Below, piece after piece: positions 25,205 through 37,300 of a DNA stretch of 64,000 bases (position 1 is its first letter; the number at the start of each line of letters is the position of its first letter). The DNA comes from Pristiophorus japonicus (lineage: Eukaryota), in the NCBI RefSeq assembly GCF_044704955.1, contig NC_091991.1, forward strand, positions 17,856,001-17,920,000, read 5' to 3'. The notes below the pieces were generated by a model. The model made no database searches and was not told where the DNA came from. It worked only from the letters and a program-made list of their open reading frames with translations. The position numbers were made by a program, and so were the translations under genes.

Positions 25205-28200
25205 AAGAGGGAACTGAGGGAAATCCTTATTAGTCAGGAAATGGTTTAGGGAAATCGAAGAGACTGAAGGCCGATAAATCCCCAGGGCCTGATAGTCTGC
25301 ATCCCAGAGTACTTAAGGAAGTGGCCCTAGAAATAGTGGATGCATTGGTGGTCATTTTCCAACATTCCATGGATTCTGGTTCAGTTCCTATAGATTGGAG
25401 GGTAGCTAATGTAACCCCACTGTTTAAAAAAGGAGGGAGAGAGAAAACAGGGAATTATAGTCCGGATAGTCTGACATCGGTGGTGGGGAAAATGCTGGAA
25501 TCAGTTATTAAAGATGTAATAGCAGCGCATTTGGAAAGCAGTGACAGGATCGGTCCAAGTCATCATGGATTTATGAAAGGGAAATCATGCTTGACAAATC
25601 TTCTAGAGTTTTTTGAGGATGTAACTAGTAGAGTGGTTAAGGGAGAACCAGTGAATGTGGTGTATTTGGACTTTCAAAAGGCTTTTGACAAGATCCTACA
25701 CAAGAGATTAGTGTGCAAAATTAAGGCACATGGTATTGGGAGTAATGTATTGACATGGTTAGAGAACTGGTTGGCAGACAGGAAGCAAAGAGTGGGAATA
25801 AACGGGTCCTTTTCTGAATGGCAGGCAGTGACTAGTGCTGGGACCGCAGCTATTTACAATATACATTAATGATTTCGATGAAGGAATTGAATGTAATATC
25901 TCCAAATTGCAGATGACACTAAGCTGGGTGGCAGTGCGAGCTGCGAGGAGGATGCTAAGAGACTGCAGGGGGACTTGGATAGGTTAGGTGAATGGGTAAA
26001 TACATGGCAGATGCAGTATAATGTGGATAAATGTGAGGTTATCCACTTTGGTGACAAAAACAGGAAGGCAGATTATTATCTGAATGGTGACAGATTAGTA
26101 AAAGGGGAGGTGCAACGAGACCTGGGTGTCATGGTACATCAGTCATTGAAGGTAGGTGTAAGGTCCTTACACAATACCACAAATCCACACGAGGCACATT
26201 CTATGGACAAGGTCACTCCATAACCTGCACCTTTATTCATAGGACCAAGAAGTGATAAACCTGCATAGGACCTCCCTTTATATACCTGGGTGACCAGGTG
26301 AGGCGTGTATCCCACAAGTTCACCCCCTGTGGTCAAGGTGTGCATTTCTTACGTATATACAGTGTTGCAGTGTTGTTACATAAAGATTACATACATGACA
26401 TCACCTCTCCCTCAACATCTTATTGGGATCATAGGTTAAGTCTCTCGGGTGGTCTGCACTCTCTCGTGGAGCGCCGCAGTTGGGGCTCTGGTTGTTGAGC
26501 CTTGGTATGCGTGTCTGTCACCTGTGGTGATTCCGGCCTGTCCGGGCTGACCACAGGGACTGTGCATGCTGCTGAATGTTCTTGTTGCTCGTTCACTGGC
26601 AGTGGTGTGGGCAGCATCTCTTGATCTTCCTCATGTTTCTCAGTGTCCATGCTGAACCTTTTTTTCACTTGGTCCAGATGCTTGCGGCATACCTGCCCAT
26701 TGTTAAGTTTAACCACGATGACCCTATTCCCCTCTTTGTCTATTACAGTACCCTCAAGCAATTTGGGCCCCAAAGCGTGACTGAGAACAAATACGGGGTC
26801 ATCAATTTCTTTTCAGCTTCCCCTTGAATTTCGGTCATGGTACTCCTTTTGGGACTGGCGCTTGCCCTCAACAATGTCGGACAGGACTGGATGAATGAGG
26901 GACAGCCAAATTTTGAGTGTTCGTTTCATGAGTAGCTCTGCGGGCTGGACCCCCGTGAGCGAATGCAGTCGGGACCTATAGGCCAGCAGGAGGCGCGATA
27001 GGCGGCATTGAGGGGAGAGTCCTTAAATCCTGAGCATGCCTTGTTTTATGATTTGGACTGCACGTTCCGCCTGGCCATTGGAGGCCGGCTTGAACGGTGC
27101 TGTCTGTCCTGACATGGTTAATGCCATTACCCAACATGAACTCCCGGAATTCGTCGCTTGTGAAACATGGGCCATTATCGCTAACAAGGATGTCCAACAA
27201 GCTGTGGGTCACAAAGACCACGTGCAGACTCTCCACGGTGGTGGATATCATGCACGAATTCAAAATAATGCACTCGATCCATTTCGAGTATGCATCAATC
27301 ACAATGAGAAACATTTTTCCCTTGAACGGGCCCGCGTAGTCCACGTGAATACGTAACCATGGCCTGGTGGGCCGCTGATCAAATGCCAAACGGACATTGT
27401 TGTAAACAAACGGTCCCTTGTGCGTGGTGATGGTGATCAGTAGTTTAGATTCGTCGGCCAGTTCTTGGGTCATGTAGGCTGAAGTGAGGTCCAACTTGGT
27501 GAACAGCTTGCCACGTGCCAGCGTGGCAAAAAGTTCCTCTGTTCTCGGGAGCGGGTATTGGTCTTGTATGGATACCCGGTTGATAGTGGCCTTGTAGTCA
27601 CCACAGATCCTGACCGAGCCATCTGCTTTTAGGATGGGAACGATGGGGCTTGCCCAGTTGATGAATTCAACGGGCGAGATAATGCCCTCTCTCAGCAACC
27701 GGTTCAACTCGCTCTCAATTTTCTCCCGCATCACATACGGCACAACTCTGGCTTTGTGGTGCACTGGTCTGGCGTCCGGGGTGATGCGTATCACCACTTT
27801 GGTACCTTTGAACGTCCCAATGCCAGGTTGAAATAGTGACTCAAATTGCTATAGGACCTGTGAGCATGAACTTCGCTCCACAGATGACATGGCGTGCACA
27901 TCCCCCCATTTCCAGTTAATCTCAGCTAACCAGCTCCTCCCCAACAGTGCGGGACCATTGCCCGGGACAATCCAGAGCGGCAGCCGGTTCACCGATCCAT
28001 TGTATGTGACCGCAAACATTGCACTGCCTAGCACTGGAATGAATTCTTTGGTGTACGTCCGTAATTGCGTCTCAATGCGTTCTAGTTTGGATCTGCTGGC
28101 TTTGAGTGGCCACAGCTTTTCGAATTGTTGAACACTCATGAGTGACTGGCTGGCCCCCGTGTCCAGCTCCATGCGTACAGGGATGCGGTTTAATAGGACT

Positions 28201-30245
28201 TTCATCATCATAGGTGGCGTTTTGGTATATGTGCTGTGAATTTTTGCCACATGAACCCGCTGAACTTCAGCATCCATTGATTTGCCCCAAGCATCATCCT
28301 GAATCGCAGACCCCTCATCTGGTTCATCCGCCTTGTATATTAGCCTGTTTACAGGCTTTCTGCACATTCTGGTTAAATGGCCACTGAGGTTACAATTTCT
28401 GCAGACGAACTGTTGAAATCTGCACGGCCTGGCAGCATGTCTGCCCCACACCTCCAGCATGAACTGAGATTCCCATTGTTGTGAACAAAAGAGCTGTTAC
28501 AAGGCATACCTCGCTGATTGTCCCTTTCACTGCTCTTGAGCACCCTATTAGTGGGTGTCAATGGCTCCATCCCGGGCCGCATTGTCCACTGGGGGGGCGT
28601 AAATGTCCGTTCAGCCTGCCATTGTCTCTGTTGGAGACTTACTCTTGGATCTATTGCTGCCTGGTGTGTCTCGAACTGCCCTTGCCTGCCTGCGGGGCTC
28701 TGAGTCGCGTTTATGATATTGATTCCCTGATCCATCGCTACGTTGGAGGCAGAATTGCGCGCGTTTTTACCTTGGTTTCCTCCTCCCCCGCCATAAAAGT
28801 CTGAGCCATCAACGTCACCGCTTCTAAGGTCAAGTCCTTGGTCTCAATTAGCTTTCTGAAAATCCCAGCATGACCGATGCCCTCAATAAAGAAATCCCTT
28901 AGCATCTACCCCCTGCAGGCATCTGTGAACTTAGAGAGGCTGACCAAGCGCCGGAGGTCTGCAACGAAATCCGGTATGCTCTGTCCTTCCCGACGTCGGT
29001 GTGTATAGAATCTATGTCGGGCCATGTGTATGCTGCTCACCGGTTTGAGGTGCTCACCGATTCGTTTGTTGAGCTCTTCAAAGGTTTTGTCCGCCGGCTT
29101 CTCGGGTGCTAGCAGGTCTTTCATGAGCGCGTAAGTCTTAGGTCCACAGCTGGTCAGCAGATGAGCCCTTCGCTTGTTGGCCGCTGCGTCTCCCAGCCAG
29201 TCCTTTATAACAAAACTCTGCTGGAGCCTCTCAATGAAATCATCCCAGTCCTCACCAACACAGTACCGTTCAACAGTGCTGCCGGTGGCCATTCTCGTGG
29301 GTCGTTGATTCCCGTTTCTCGTCGCCAATGTAATGTCCTTACACAATACCACAAATCCACACGAGGCACATTCGATAGACAAGGTCACTCCATGACCTGA
29401 ATCTTTATTCACAGGACCAAGAAGTGATGACCCTGCATGGGACCTCCCTTTATATACCTGAGTGACCAGGCAAGGAGTGCCTCCCAGAAGTTCACCCCCT
29501 GTCTTCAAGGTGTGCATTTCTTACGTATATACAGTGTTGCAGTGTTGTTCCATTAAGATTACATACATGACAGTAGGCATGCAGGTACAACAGGCAGTAA
29601 AGAAAGCGAATGGCATGCTGGCCTTCATAGCGAGGGGATTTGAATATAGGAGCAGGGAGGTCTTACTGCAGTTGTACAGGACCATGGTGAGTATTGTGTG
29701 CAGTTTTGGTCTCCTAATCTGAGGAAGGACGTTCTTGCTATTGAGGGAGTGCAGCGAAGATTCACCAGACTGACTCCCGGGATGGCAGGACTGACATATG
29801 AGGAAGGATTGGATCGGCTAGGTTTATACTCACTGGAATTTAGAAGAATGAGAGGGGATCTCATAGAACCTTATAAAATTCTAACGGGACTGGACAGGTT
29901 AGATGCAGGAAGAATGTTTCCGATGTTGGGGAAGTCCAGAACCAGGGGTCACAGTCTAAGGATAAGGGGTAAGCCATTTAGGACCGAGATGAGGAGAAAC
30001 TTCTTCACCCAGAGAGTGGTGAACCTGTGGAATTCTCTATCACAGAAAGTTGTTGAGTCCAGTTCATTGGATATATTCAAGAGGGAGTGACCATTACGGC
30101 TAAGGGGATCAGGGGGTATGGAGAGAAGACAGGGGTTGGGTACTGAGGTTGCATGATCAGCCATGACCATGTTGAACGGCAGTGCAGGCTCGAAGGACCG
30201 AATGGCCTGCTCCTGCACCTATTTTCTATGTTTCTATGTTTCTAT
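25205..30245 (+). mobile_element. CR1 LINE (RT through 3' tail) split by Gypsy element 2
   Basis: [28 protein letters not shown] and [11 protein letters not shown]. Resumes at 29573 and ends in (TTTCTATG)n. Confidence 0.95.
26157..29572 (-). mobile_element. Gypsy (Mag-like) LTR retrotransposon 2 with an internal RT-to-IN deletion
   Basis: 244-bp LTRs at 26157-26400 and 29329-29572 (TG...CA). TSD GTAGG. PBS TGGCGACGAG. Gag MATGSTVERYCVGEDW, protease LDTGA, and the RT N-terminus joined directly to integrase RIHVDYAGPF. Confidence 0.96.
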
Positions 30246-30660
30246 GAAAGGCCAGAGGGGGGAATCAGAGATCGGAGGCCCCGTGATGGTGGTCGCAGGG
30301 AATTTGGGAGGCTGGGGTGGTTGTCCCATTGCAGGGGGTTGGCGAGGTAGGAATGCGGAATTCAACAGGTAAGTGGAAAAGCACTTACCTCCTAGATCTT
30401 GTCTTCATGTAGCTGTCGGCTTTCCCGAGGTCTGAGAAACCCGCCCGCTCACAGTTAAATTAGAAATGGTGGATCACCGTGAAGCACCTGGCCTCAGTAT
30501 AATATTTAAAGTGTCAACCCACCTCCCCTCCCATCCCGCCTCCATTAAATCCGCAAGTGGGCGGGTTGGAGCTAGGTTGGCGTCCGGATTCAGATTTTTA
30601 ACTCTTTAACTTCGCACCCGACACCAACCCACCCAATTTTTTGGAGTTAAAATGCGGCCC

Positions 30661-30815
30661 GTGCTGTCAGTGGGATTTTGCTATGCACACATTGGCTACC
30701 GTGTCTTCCTAAAAAACAGTCAGTGTACTTCAAAAGTTATTGATTGGCTGTGAAAAGCTTTGGATCTTGGGGAAGATGTGGAAGGACCTATATAAATATC
30801 AATTCCTCCTTTATC
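30661..30815 (+). mobile_element. Deu-type SINE 3' tail remnant
   Basis: ACTTCAAAAGTTATTGATTGGCTGTGAAAAGCTTTGG...TATATAAAT matches the tail of 43331-43752. Confidence 0.6.
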
Positions 30816-31319
30816 TATGTAGAATCATAGACTGGTTACAGCATGGGAGAAGGCCATTCGGCCCATCAAGCCCGTGCTGACTCAAATATATATTTCAGAT
30901 ATATATCTAGCTAGAAATTTTAATGGAGGTGACAGAATGAATGTTTGAAAAGATAGTTTTTTTATGAGTCCTTTAAAGGTCACTGAAGCAGCAAGTTCAG
31001 GGAGAGAGTTACAGAGGGTTGGACCTAGATGGCTGAAAGCTTTGCCAGCATGTGAAGTGAGAGGAGTGGAATTGCACAGCTTGTGACTGTAAGCCATCAT
31101 TATAGGCGGTCGAAACGAGGATGACTGTAAGTATTATCTGGTCCTCAGCAGAAAATATCCTCCTGTCAATCATGCCGGTGAAATTCTCTGTCAACGTTCA
31201 TGGGTTCATGTCAGTTTGATAAAATGTAAGGAGAAGGTGTGACAGACAAAATACATTTATTATCTGTGTGATTCAAACTTTTTGAAGCAAAAGCATGTGA
31301 TCAAGTATGATTGTGGGAG

Positions 31320-32600
31320 GCAAAGATGCCACTTTAATTCTCCGTTACAGTTCCACTCTGGCCTCTCTGTCCTCGGCCTCTTGCACTATTCCAACGAAGC
31401 TCAATGTAAGCTCGATGAACATCTTTCGATTAGACACGTTACAGCCTTCTGGACTCAACATCAGCAATTCCAGATCATAACCTCTGGCCCCATTTTTTCA
31501 GACAGCAGCTGTTAATGATTCTGCTCTTCCCATTTACTCCTCTTCTAGACCCATCTTTTGTTCCTTTACTTGTGCCATTACCATCTACTTTTGCTGAGTA
31601 CAGTCATCTCTTTTGTCATTTAATCTCTCCTGCCTTCCACCCCTATCACAGACCTTCCCTTTTGTTCTTTCCTCCCCCTCCCCACCCCCCCACCGCACCC
31701 CACACACACTACCTTTCTCTGCCCCTGCACTTGCTTAAAACCTGCTACATCTCGAACTTTTCCAGTTCTGACGAAAGGTCTTCGACCTGAAACATTAGGC
31801 CGGAAGTTCCAGCCTCGCCGGGTCCATACGGAGCGCGCACAGACCTGGCAAGGTTTCCCAAAAGCCGGTTTTCAGGGCGAGATGCCCATGCGCCAAAAAC
31901 CGGCTTTTCCGATCTGTCAAGATTTCTCCATGCAGATCCTCCACATCACCGGGAAAAGGACATTTGCGCAGGTGAGAATGCACTATTTGCCCAACTCTTG
32001 CCCAGCGAATGTCCTTCAAACTTTTACTTTGGTAAAAGCAGGCGTATAGCTTAGTTTTGCCAGCGTAAGTGTTTGAAAACATATAAAAATTAAATGTAAT
32101 CATTCATTTTTATGTTAAAAACCCTGGCCATTAAATTAAATTTATTTTTAACCCTATTAAAACACATTATAAAAAAAAATTCCAAAATATTTTTTTTTCT
32201 AAAACATTTAATTTAAATTAATTTTAAATATGTGAGTTTTTTTTATTTATTGTGCTGTGTTTCTTGTTTTAGGAGGGTTTTCTCATTGATATTAATGGGA
32301 GCTCGCACAAACGGAAATCCCATTTTTATCAATGAGAATACTGCATTGTGATTGGTGGTCCAGGCCCACGTGACTCCAGCATTTCCCTACGTATGGGGTC
32401 GTCCTCTCCCCGTACGAAGCGCATCGACTGAATCCTCTGACCGGAATCGAAGGCGCCTCCATGACCACCAGGTATTTTCATTAAAAAATTTCGGGTCCGA
32501 GACGTTCATCCGAAGGAAGCCTCCGACAAACATTTTCCCGGCATTAACTCTGTTTCCCTCTCCACAGATGCTGCCTGACCTGCTGAGTATTCTGTTTTTA
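31320..32600 (+). mobile_element. Penelope-like element 3' remnant, split by a MITE
   Basis: HFNSP..HS.LSVLGLLH...EAQCKLDEH resembles a GIY-YIG C-terminus. Then CTGACGAAAGGTC...GAAAC and CTCTCCACAGATGCTGCCTGACCTGCTGAG. A short antisense copy lies at about 54255-54295. Confidence 0.75.
31798..32543. mobile_element. Harbinger-type MITE
   Basis: Flanked by TTA at 31795-31797 and 32544-32546. Ends are GGCCGGAAG / TTTCCCGGCA, with GC-rich arms and an AT-rich core. Removing it restores the Penelope sequence. Confidence 0.8.
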
Positions 32601-33199
32601 TGTCATGCCTACATATAGTGCTCCAGTATCATGAAGGGCCTTTGTTAAAAGCTAGAAAAGCATAACCAGTGAGGGCAGTTGAAGCTGGATTCAAAGGCCA
32701 CAAAATTCGGCACCTGAGAGCTGGTAGTTAAGGCCGGTTTTGAAAAGAAATGATGTCCGACTCGCTTCTGCCCACTTCCAGCAGGGCCCGCACTGTTCCA
32801 CATCTTGGTGAGGGCATTAGCATGGGCAAGACATACGTTGGGCAACAGTATGCAGAGTAGGCAGACAGTGACGTCAGTCAAACATTTAACGTGATTTGAC
32901 GCATGACCTGCCATTTTGGTAGCCGTCACTCCATTTAACGCCCTCTCCTAAACACGCAGAGCTGAGCGCGCATTCAGCTGCACAAGAGAACCCCACCCTC
33001 CCACCAGTGCTACTTAAAGGGATGTATCCAACTTGCAGGTAAGTTGGTTATTTCTCCTGTACTGGCTCTTGAAGAGTTTGTATGAACACGGGGTCATTGG
33101 ATGACATGTACAAAGTTGGTGAAGTATGCAGAGAGTGCTAGTGCTACTGGACATTGGGATGGCGTGAGCTGCTCTTGGAAGGCCTCGGAGTCCACCACT

Positions 33200-34070
33200 T
33201 GATCCCAGTCCTGGGGGCTCTAGTTGCAGTCCCACTTGGGCTGCAGGATGACATGGAGATGGAGCAGAGGCAGCAAAGAGGACAAGCTGCTCGCAGAGGG
33301 AGGAGGAGGAGGGAGAGGAAAGCTCTCAGCAGGAGGCCTTACCCACCTCGAGTCCTCGGGTAGCACTTCTCCTATCTGCACCTAAGCCAGGAGGTGGGCA
33401 CAGAACTCTGCCACTTCTTAGAACCGGACCTGCAGCCCCAGAGCCGGGCGACGATGGGTTAGCCAGTGGTCCTCAAGGTGTCAATGGCCCTCAATTCTTT
33501 CTCCAGTGCATCATTCCTGGCTGGAATAGGCGACATAGCAAACATCTTGCAGTTCACCGTCCATAGCCGCATCTGGGAGGTCACAGAGGCTCTGTACTCG
33601 AGGTCAAGGGACTTAATTTGTCTAAACAGAGAGAAGTAGGAGGAGCACGAGCATGGCTTTCCCAGGATATCGGGCTTCCTCATGGCACAGGGCACCATGG
33701 ACTGCACACACGTGGCTTTGCGGGCGCCTCATCTCAATGGTGAGATGTTCCACCAGCCGCAAAGGGTACAACTCACTTGGTGTGCAGTTGATGTGCAATC
33801 ACGCCCAGCACATCATGATGGTGAATGCCCGGTGTGCTGGCAGCAGTCATGATGCCTTCATCCTGGGTCAGTCCGCTGTGCCAGCAATCTTCTACCAACC
33901 ACGTCGAACCCAAGGGTGGCTGCTAATCAAGAAGGGCTATCCATTCTACACCTGGCTGATGACTCTCTGCAACTCCACCACTCGTGGCCAGCACTCATAT
34001 AATAAGAGCCACGCTGCCATCAGGAACATCGTTGAGCAGACCATCGGGGTGCTCAAGCAACGGTTCTGCA
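33200..34070 (+). pseudogene. HARBI1-like Harbinger transposase
   Basis: ALSRRPYPPRV, GTMDCTHVALRAP, RKGYNSLGVQLMCNH, RCAGSSHDAFIL, GWLLIKKGYP, RNIVEQTIGVLKQRF. Confidence 0.9.
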
Positions 34071-34334
34071 GTTGTGCCTCCTCCTCTCCCTCCCTCCCTC
34101 CACCACACCCACCCCCCCCCCCCCAAACCAATTAGCTGCTACTCTTGCTGGTATTGCACCACCTTGGCCTGCAAAAAATAGGTAAGTATTTCAGTGTGTT
34201 TGCTGCAATGTGTTTGGGTGATCTGCCTGTTGTGGTTGAAGAGCTAGCAGTGTGGGCAAGGTGTGAGAAGTGGATATGAGGCTTGCAGCAGTGGTAAGTG
34301 TATGAGGATGAAGTGGAGCTATGAATTTGAGTTA

Positions 34335-37300
34335 TGTCATGTATGTACTATTGGGATCACTAGCCACTAGATGGCATCACTGTTGGAGGCCATCGGGCTC
34401 ACGCACGTGTGTGCAGCCCAAGTATAAAAGGCCAGCCATTTTTTCTATTAGTCACTTTGTGCCTTAATAAAGCAGAGCCAAGGTCATACCTCTTGGAGTT
34501 ACACAGTACTCAGTCGAACAGTTATTGCATACACAACATTTGGCGACGAGGCACCAAGAACCTTTGCATGCAAAAATGAGCACAATTGGATTGTTGGAGC
34601 AATTTGTGGAAGGAGTAGATTGGACAGACCTTGTGAGCCATTTGAGCCAGTTCATTGTGGCCAACAAAATGGAGGAGGTCGGCGACACAGATCGGCGCCG
34701 GGCGGTGTTCCTCACGGTTTGCGGTCCAAAACTTTATGGTCTGCTAAAGAATCTACTCCTGCCTGTGAGTCCAACAGAGAAGATGTATGAAGAATTGTGT
34801 ACACTGGTACAGGACCACCTTAAGCCAGACGAAGGCATCATCATCTCGAGATACAGATTTTACACGCACGTTCGCTCCGAGGGCCAGAATGCGGCGGAAT
34901 TCGTTGCCGACCTGAAACGTCTAGCGGGACCGTGTAAGTTCAAGGCTGTGTTGGCAGACATACTGCAGGACTTCTTTGTAATCAGCATCAACCACGAGGT
35001 GATCCTGCGTAAACTACTGGCAGTGGAGACGTTGGACTTGAACAGGGCTATCACGATCGCTCAGTCATGCATGACGACGGATAGAAGTCTAAAGCAGATA
35101 TCAGTGAAAAATCAAAACTCGGCAAGTACTGTAAATATGATTGATTTGGCATTCGGCAGAGCGGCACATGGCAGGGCCTACCTGACTGCGTACGCGAAAC
35201 CTGTGGCTGCCCAAAGTCCGCCAGCAGGAATGCATCCGATTTCTCCGTGTTGGCATTGTGGGGGAAATCATCGGCACCAGCAGTGCTGGTTTAAGCAATA
35301 TAGTTGGAAAGGCTGTCTGAGAATGGGGCATCTCCAGCGCAAGTGTCCGCAGATGAGCAAGCGTGCTGCGACACACCATGTGGAGGAAGATGGTCAGACT
35401 AACGCGGATCCGGATACACAATCTGAGATATCAGAGGAGGAAGTGTATAGACTGTACTCGTTCCTAACTAAGAGCAAACCGATAATGATCAACGTGAAAT
35501 TTAATGGGGTGCCGGCATCAATGGAACTGGGCATGGGGACGAGTCAATCGATAATGACCCAGAGGGCATTCGACAAGCTGTGAAATACTAAGGCTGTGAG
35601 GCCCAGGCTGAGTCCAGTCAATGCCAAGTTGCGCATGTACACCAAAGAAATCACAGTGATTGGCAGTGCCACAATTAAAGTGTGGTATAGCGGTGCGGTT
35701 CATGAGTTACCGCTATAGTTCTAGACAATAACCCGACGCTGTTCGGCAGGAATTGGTTAGAAAAAATCAGATGCGATTGGAATGACATCAAGGCGTTGTC
35801 ATCGGAGAAAGATAGTTGTGCCCAAGTACTGAGTAAGTTCCCCTCGCTGTTCGAACCAGGCATCGGCAACTTCATGGGAGCCAAGGTGCAGATCCACGTG
35901 GACTCAGCTGCAAGACCCGTCCATCATAAAGCTCGGGCAGTTCCGTATATGATGAGGGAGAAGGTCGAAATTGAACTGGACAGACTCCAGCGTGAAAGGA
36001 TCATATCACCGGTTGAATTTAATGAATGGGCCAGCCCCATTGTTCCTGGGCTGAAAAGTGTTGGCACAGTCAGAATCTGTGACGACTAGAAGGCTACGAT
36101 CAACAGGGTTTCGAAACAGGATCAGTACCCGTTACCGAAGGCTGATGACTTGTTTGCAATGCTAGCCGGGGGAAGTCGTTCACCAAACTGGACTTGATGT
36201 TGGCCTACATGACACAGGAGCTGGTCGAGATGACAAAGAGACTTACGTGCATTAACATGCATAAAGGAATGTTTATTTATCACAGGTGCCCTTTTTGAAT
36301 TCGCTCGGCTGCAGGAATATTTCAGAGGAACATGGAGAGTCTACTGAAGTCCGTTCCCAGAACCGTCGTGTTCCAAGATGACATCCTGATCACAGGTCGT
36401 GACTCCGAGGAACATCTGAACAACCTGGAAGAGGTTCTACATCGTCTGAACAAAGTGGGACTCAGACTGAAACGCTCGAAATGCATCTTCATGGCACCAG
36501 AGGTCGAATTCCTGGGGAGGAAATATGCTGCTGATGGCATCAGGCCCACGGACGCGAAAACCAAGGCTATCAAGAATGCACCCAAGCCGTAGAATGTGTC
36601 GGAGCTGCATTCGTTCCTGGGTCTACTCAACTACTTCGGTAACTTCCTACCTAAATTGAGCACCTTATTAGAATCACTGCACATGCTGCTAAAAAAAGGC
36701 GACAACTGGGTGTGGGATGCGTCTCAAGACAGAGCTTTTGAGAAAGCCACTAATCTGCTTTGCTTTAACAAGCTGCAGGTACATTATGACCCATGTAAAC
36801 ATTTAGTATTGGCCTGTGATGCTTCATCATATGGAATTGGTTGCGTACTCCAACAAGCTAATGAGTCGGGTAAACTTCAACCAGTCGCGTATGCTTCAAA
36901 AAGTTTGTCTAAAGCAGAAAGAGGTTAAAGCATGGTAGAGAAAGAAGCACTAGCCTGTGTGTATGGGGTTAAAAAGATGCATCAGTACCTGTTTGGTCTT
37001 CGGTTTGAACTGGAGACAGATCACAAGCCGCTCATTTCACTGTTCTCTGAAAACAATGCTTCATCTCGCATCCAGAGGTGGGCGCTGACATTATCCGCTT
37101 ATGATTATGTCATTCTCCATAGACCTGGCATCGAGAATTGTGCCGATGCTTTGAGCTGTCTGCCGTTGCCCACACCAGAGGTGGAAACGCCACAACCGGC
37201 GGACCTATTGTTAGTTATGGATGCTTTTGAGAGTGAAGGAATCCTTGTCACGGCTCAACAAGTTAAAAGCTGGACCAGTCAGGATCCGATTTTATCGGTG

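Larger units (their letters stand above)
24462..30660. mobile_element. Harbinger-type non-autonomous element hosting CR1 and Gypsy 2
   Basis: Starts GGGATAGAAATT and ends AAAATGCGGCCC. G-rich body on both sides of the CR1. The right arm resembles 59087-59410. TIR match is weak. Confidence 0.6.

Noticed and set aside
26318-26336. CTCF site in the Gypsy 2 LTR
   Set aside because: One base short of the core spacing, and further changed in the other LTR. Kept only as a near match.
33200-34070. Host HARBI1 gene
   Set aside because: There are three decayed, frameshifted copies, each paired with a Myb gene inside transposon ends. These are transposons, so no gene symbol is assigned.
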